Shown: in pieces, positions 60,780-64,000 of the stretch
How the letters are laid out: each line of letters begins with the position of its first letter
Position numbering within the stretch: position 1 is the first letter of the stretch
Assembly: GCA_946631995.1 (NCBI GenBank)
Contig: CAMPAQ010000013.1
Span: 1,072 to 65,071, forward strand
Source: an uncultured Bacteroidales bacterium
GTDB lineage: Bacteria; Bacteroidota; Bacteroidia; Bacteroidales; UBA3663
Length of the DNA stretch: 64,000 nt
Direction of reading: 5' to 3'
Notes under the pieces: model-generated
Seen by the model: only the letters and a program-made list of their open reading frames with translations
Told to the model about the DNA's origin: nothing
Database searches by the model: none
Program-made: the position numbers and the translations under genes

Positions 60780-63700
60780 ATGGTCAACAATAAAATAAAG
60801 AAAGTTCTGCTGCTCGGTTCGGGCGCACTCAAGATTGGCGAGGCCGGCGAGTTCGACTACTCTGGTTCGCAGGCTCTCAAGGCTCTCAAGGAGGAGGGCA
60901 TAGAGAGCATCCTCATCAACCCTAACATCGCCACTGTCCAGACATCCGAAGGTGTGGCCAACCGCGTATATTTCCTGCCGGTTACCCCTTTCTTCGTCGA
61001 GAAGGTCATCGCCAAGGAACGTCCTGACGGCATCCTATTGAGCTTTGGTGGTCAGACGGCCCTGAACTGTGGCGTCGCCCTCTACCAGAGCGGAGTGTTG
61101 GAGAAATACAATGTCAAGGTGTTGGGTACTCCCGTGCAGGCTATCATGGACACCGAGGATCGCGAACTCTTTGTCGAGAAATTGGACGAAATCAACGTCA
61201 ACACCATCAAGAGCCATGCCTGCAACACCCTCGACGAGGCACGCAAGGCAGCTGCCGACCTGGGCTATCCTGTCATCATCCGTGCAGCCTATGCGCTGGG
61301 CGGACTGGGTTCGGGCTTCTGCGACAACGAGGAGGAACTGAATGTGGTAGGCACCAAGGCCCTCTCCTTCTCACCACAGATCTTGGTCGAGAAGTCGCTC
61401 AAGGGTTGGAAAGAGGTTGAGTATGAGGTGGTACGCGACAAGTATGACAACTGTATCACCGTCTGCAACATGGAGAACTTCGACCCGCTGGGCATTCACA
61501 CCGGCGAATCGATCGTCGTGGCTCCTTCGCAGACCCTCAGCAACCGCGACTACCACAAGCTACGCGAACTTTCCATCAAGATCATCCGCCACATCGGCAT
61601 CGTGGGCGAATGTAATGTGCAATATGCCTACGACCCGAACAGCGAGGATTATCGCGTCATCGAGGTGAACGCCCGACTGTCGCGTTCTTCGGCATTGGCC
61701 TCCAAGGCTACAGGTTATCCGCTCGCCTTCGTGGCTGCCAAGTTAGGTTTGGGTTACGGTCTGTTCGAGTTGAAGAACTCAGTCACCAAGACCACATCAG
61801 CCTTCTTTGAGCCTGCACTGGACTACATCGTCTGCAAGATTCCTCGTTGGGACCTCGGTAAGTTCCAAGGTGTGGACCGTGAACTCGGTTCGAGCATGAA
61901 GTCGGTAGGTGAGGTCATGGCCATCGGCCGCACCTTCGAAGAGGCCATCCAGAAGGGTCTGCGCATGATTGGACAAGGCATGCACGGCTTCCTGGAGAAC
62001 AAGGTTTTGCAGGTGCCCGACATCGACAAGGCATTGCACGAACCAACCGACAAGCGCATCTTCGTCATCAGCAAGGCCATGAAGGCCGGCTATACCGTTG
62101 ACCAGATACACGACCTCACCAAGATCGACAAGTGGTTCCTGGAGAAACTCAAGGGCATCGTCGATACCGACAACGAACTGCAGCAATACAGCAAGGTGGA
62201 GGATGTGCCTGCCCAGTTGTTGCTCGAAGCCAAGCAGAAAGGCTTCTCCGACTTCCAGATTGGCCGCGCCCTGCTGAAGGGTGAGATGGCCGAGGAGGCA
62301 GAAGAGGAGATCCTGCGCGTCCGTGCACAACGTAAGAAGTTGGGCATCGTGCCGGTGGTCAAGCAGATTGACACATTGGCCGGCGAATTCCCGGCACAGA
62401 CCAACTACCTCTACCTCACCTACAACGGTGTGGCCAACGATATCGACTTCCCCGAACCAAAGGCCGACGACATTCACAGTCAGGCCGTTATCGTCCTCGG
62501 TTCAGGTGCTTACCGCATCGGTTCGTCCGTCGAGTTCGACTGGTGTTCGGTCAATGCTCTCACCACAGCACGCAACCAAGGTTACCGTTCGGTGATGATC
62601 AACTACAACCCGGAGACCGTCTCGACCGACTACGACATGTGCGACCGTCTCTACTTCGACGAGTTGACCTTCGAGCGCGTCATGGACATCATCGACCTGG
62701 AGAAGCCTCACGGTGTCATCCTCTCGGTGGGTGGTCAGATTCCAAACAACCTCGCCATGCGTCTGGATGAACAGAAAGTGCCTATCCTGGGTACGCAAGC
62801 CAAGTATATTGACAATGCCGAGGACCGCCAGAAGTTCTCGAGCATGTGCGACCGCATCGGTGTCGTCCAGCCAGCATGGAAAGAGTTGACCAACATGGAC
62901 GACGTCAATGAGTTCATCAAGCAGGTGGGCTTCCCAGTACTGGTACGTCCTTCGTACGTACTGTCGGGTGCTGCCATGAACGTCTGCTCCAACCAGGACG
63001 AGTTGGTACGCTTCCTCCAGATGGCTGCCAACGTATCGCAGAAGCATCCTGTGGTCATCTCCCGCTTCATCGAAGGCGCCAAGGAGATTGAGATGGATGC
63101 CGTGGCCGACAAGGGTGAGATTGTAGCTTACGCTATCTCGGAGCACGTTGAGTTTGCCGGTGTGCACTCAGGTGATGCTACTATCCAGTTCCCACCACAG
63201 AAACTCTACTACGAGACCATGCGCCGCATCAAGAAGGTAGCCAAGAAGATTGCTGCCGAGTTGCACATCTCCGGTCCATTCAACATCCAGTTCATGGCGC
63301 GCGAAAACGACATCATGGTCATCGAGTGCAACCTGCGTGCCTCACGTTCGTTCCCATTCGTCAGCAAGGTGTTGAAACTCAACCTCATCGAGTTGGCCTC
63401 CAAGATCATGTTGGGCGTACCTTACGAGCGTCCTACCAAGACCGAGTTCGACCTCGACTATGTAGGCATCAAGGCATCGCAATTCTCCTTCTCTCGTCTC
63501 CAGAAGGCCGACCCTGTATTGGGTGTCGATATGTCATCGACCGGCGAGGTGGGTTGTCTGGGCGACGATGTCAACTGCGCCATTCTCAAGTCAATGCTCT
63601 CAGTTGGCCTGCGTGTACCAAGCAAGGACAAGGGTATTCTGATCAGTTCGGGCAATGCCAAGCAGAAGGCTCAGTTGCTCACTCCGTGCAAGCAGTTGGC

Positions 63701-64000
63701 CGATGCCGGCTACAAGCTCTACGCTACGGGCGGTTCTTACCGCTACCTGGTTGAGAACAACATCCCTTGCGAACATGTCTATTGGCCATCGGAGGAAATG
63801 CAGCCTCAGGCTCTCGACATGGTGCGCAACAAGGAGGTCGATATGGTAATCAACATCCCAAAGAACTTGACTTCGGGCGAGTTGTCCAATGGCTACAAGA
63901 TCCGTCGTGCCGCCATCGACTTCAATGTGCCGCTGCTCACCAACGACCGCCTCGCTTCGACCTTCATCAACGCCTTCACCACCATGTCGCTCGACGATTT
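60780..64000 (+). CDS. carB: Carbamoyl-phosphate synthase large subunit (3' end beyond the window)
   Basis: The ATG at 60780 gives MVNNKIKKVLLLGSGALKIGEAGEFDYSGSQALKALKEEGIESILINPNIATVQTS.. . The frame stays open to base 64000 (about 1073 codons), so it is absent from the ORF track. The end of the window is in the MGS-like domain (..GYKIRRAAIDFNVPLLTN..). Confidence 0.95.
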   Translation, partial: MVNNKIKKVLLLGSGALKIGEAGEFDYSGSQALKALKEEGIESILINPNIATVQTSEGVANRVYFLPVTPFFVEKVIAKERPDGILLSFGGQTALNCGVALYQSGVLEKYNVKVLGTPVQAIMDTEDRELFVEKLDEINVNTIKSHACNTLDEARKAAADLGYPVIIRAAYALGGLGSGFCDNEEELNVVGTKALSFSPQILVEKSLKGWKEVEYEVVRDKYDNCITVCNMENFDPLGIHTGESIVVAPSQTLSNRDYHKLRELSIKIIRHIGIVGECNVQYAYDPNSEDYRVIEVNARLSRSSALASKATGYPLAFVAAKLGLGYGLFELKNSVTKTTSAFFEPALDYIVCKIPRWDLGKFQGVDRELGSSMKSVGEVMAIGRTFEEAIQKGLRMIGQGMHGFLENKVLQVPDIDKALHEPTDKRIFVISKAMKAGYTVDQIHDLTKIDKWFLEKLKGIVDTDNELQQYSKVEDVPAQLLLEAKQKGFSDFQIGRALLKGEMAEEAEEEILRVRAQRKKLGIVPVVKQIDTLAGEFPAQTNYLYLTYNGVANDIDFPEPKADDIHSQAVIVLGSGAYRIGSSVEFDWCSVNALTTARNQGYRSVMINYNPETVSTDYDMCDRLYFDELTFERVMDIIDLEKPHGVILSVGGQIPNNLAMRLDEQKVPILGTQAKYIDNAEDRQKFSSMCDRIGVVQPAWKELTNMDDVNEFIKQVGFPVLVRPSYVLSGAAMNVCSNQDELVRFLQMAANVSQKHPVVISRFIEGAKEIEMDAVADKGEIVAYAISEHVEFAGVHSGDATIQFPPQKLYYETMRRIKKVAKKIAAELHISGPFNIQFMARENDIMVIECNLRASRSFPFVSKVLKLNLIELASKIMLGVPYERPTKTEFDLDYVGIKASQFSFSRLQKADPVLGVDMSSTGEVGCLGDDVNCAILKSMLSVGLRVPSKDKGILISSGNAKQKAQLLTPCKQLADAGYKLYATGGSYRYLVENNIPCEHVYWPSEEMQPQALDMVRNKEVDMVINIPKNLTSGELSNGYKIRRAAIDFNVPLLTNDRLASTFINAFTTMSLDD

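Overview
This 64-kb segment looks like chromosomal DNA from a Bacteroidota (Bacteroidales-like) genome. The evidence is as follows:
- 17 transcription units are preceded by the Bacteroides-type -7 box TAnnTTTG.
- Two TonB-dependent receptors carry carboxypeptidase-like N-domains.
- One lipoprotein has BACON-like modules.
- Lipoboxes are followed by acidic surface-export-like residues.
- Two giant proteins end in T9SS C-terminal sorting domains.

I support about 41 genes. Housekeeping genes:
- carA and carB (carB is 3'-partial)
- a phospho-sugar mutase
- tatA/tatC
- a TsaC/YrdC-like protein
- a ClC channel
- an M16 peptidase
- tRNA-Gln(TTG)
- a fused double acyl-CoA-dehydratase-activase-like protein
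- an OmpA-family protein

Envelope and accessory genes:
- Pectin-type CAZymes are scattered through the window with no SusC/SusD pair: PL11-like, GH28-like and GH127-like.
- A BlaI/BlaR1 pair.
- A HigB/HigA-like toxin-antitoxin pair.
- An orphan archaeal-type ATPase.
- A TonB-dependent receptor paired with a BACON/OB-like surface lipoprotein.

The most interesting points are these:
1. 2021-12484 holds a seven-gene, same-strand envelope cluster with no assigned function. It contains a TonB-dependent receptor, a DUF4876-like surface lipoprotein, a DUF6850-like barrel, a Cys/His lipoprotein, an ABC-2-type ATPase, a small permease and a DUF4857-like protein.
2. Every intergenic gap of that cluster is filled with two families of short repeats.
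   - One family is GTAGAGACG..CGTCTCTAC palindromes.
   - The other is GC-rich hairpin elements (GACCCCCTCCC..GGGGAGG) that begin right after stop codons and have a MITE-like architecture.
   - One GC-rich copy sits in frame inside the activase gene.
3. 12.5-15.3 kb is a low-GC islet with an LRR (BspA-like) gene and a 591-bp-period tandem array of secreted paralogues.
4. The 1.55-kaa T9SS cargo gene contains a 741-bp duplication with zero mismatches.

I found no rRNA, CRISPR array, integrase or transposase. All family names come from motif recognition by eye. I ran no database search.
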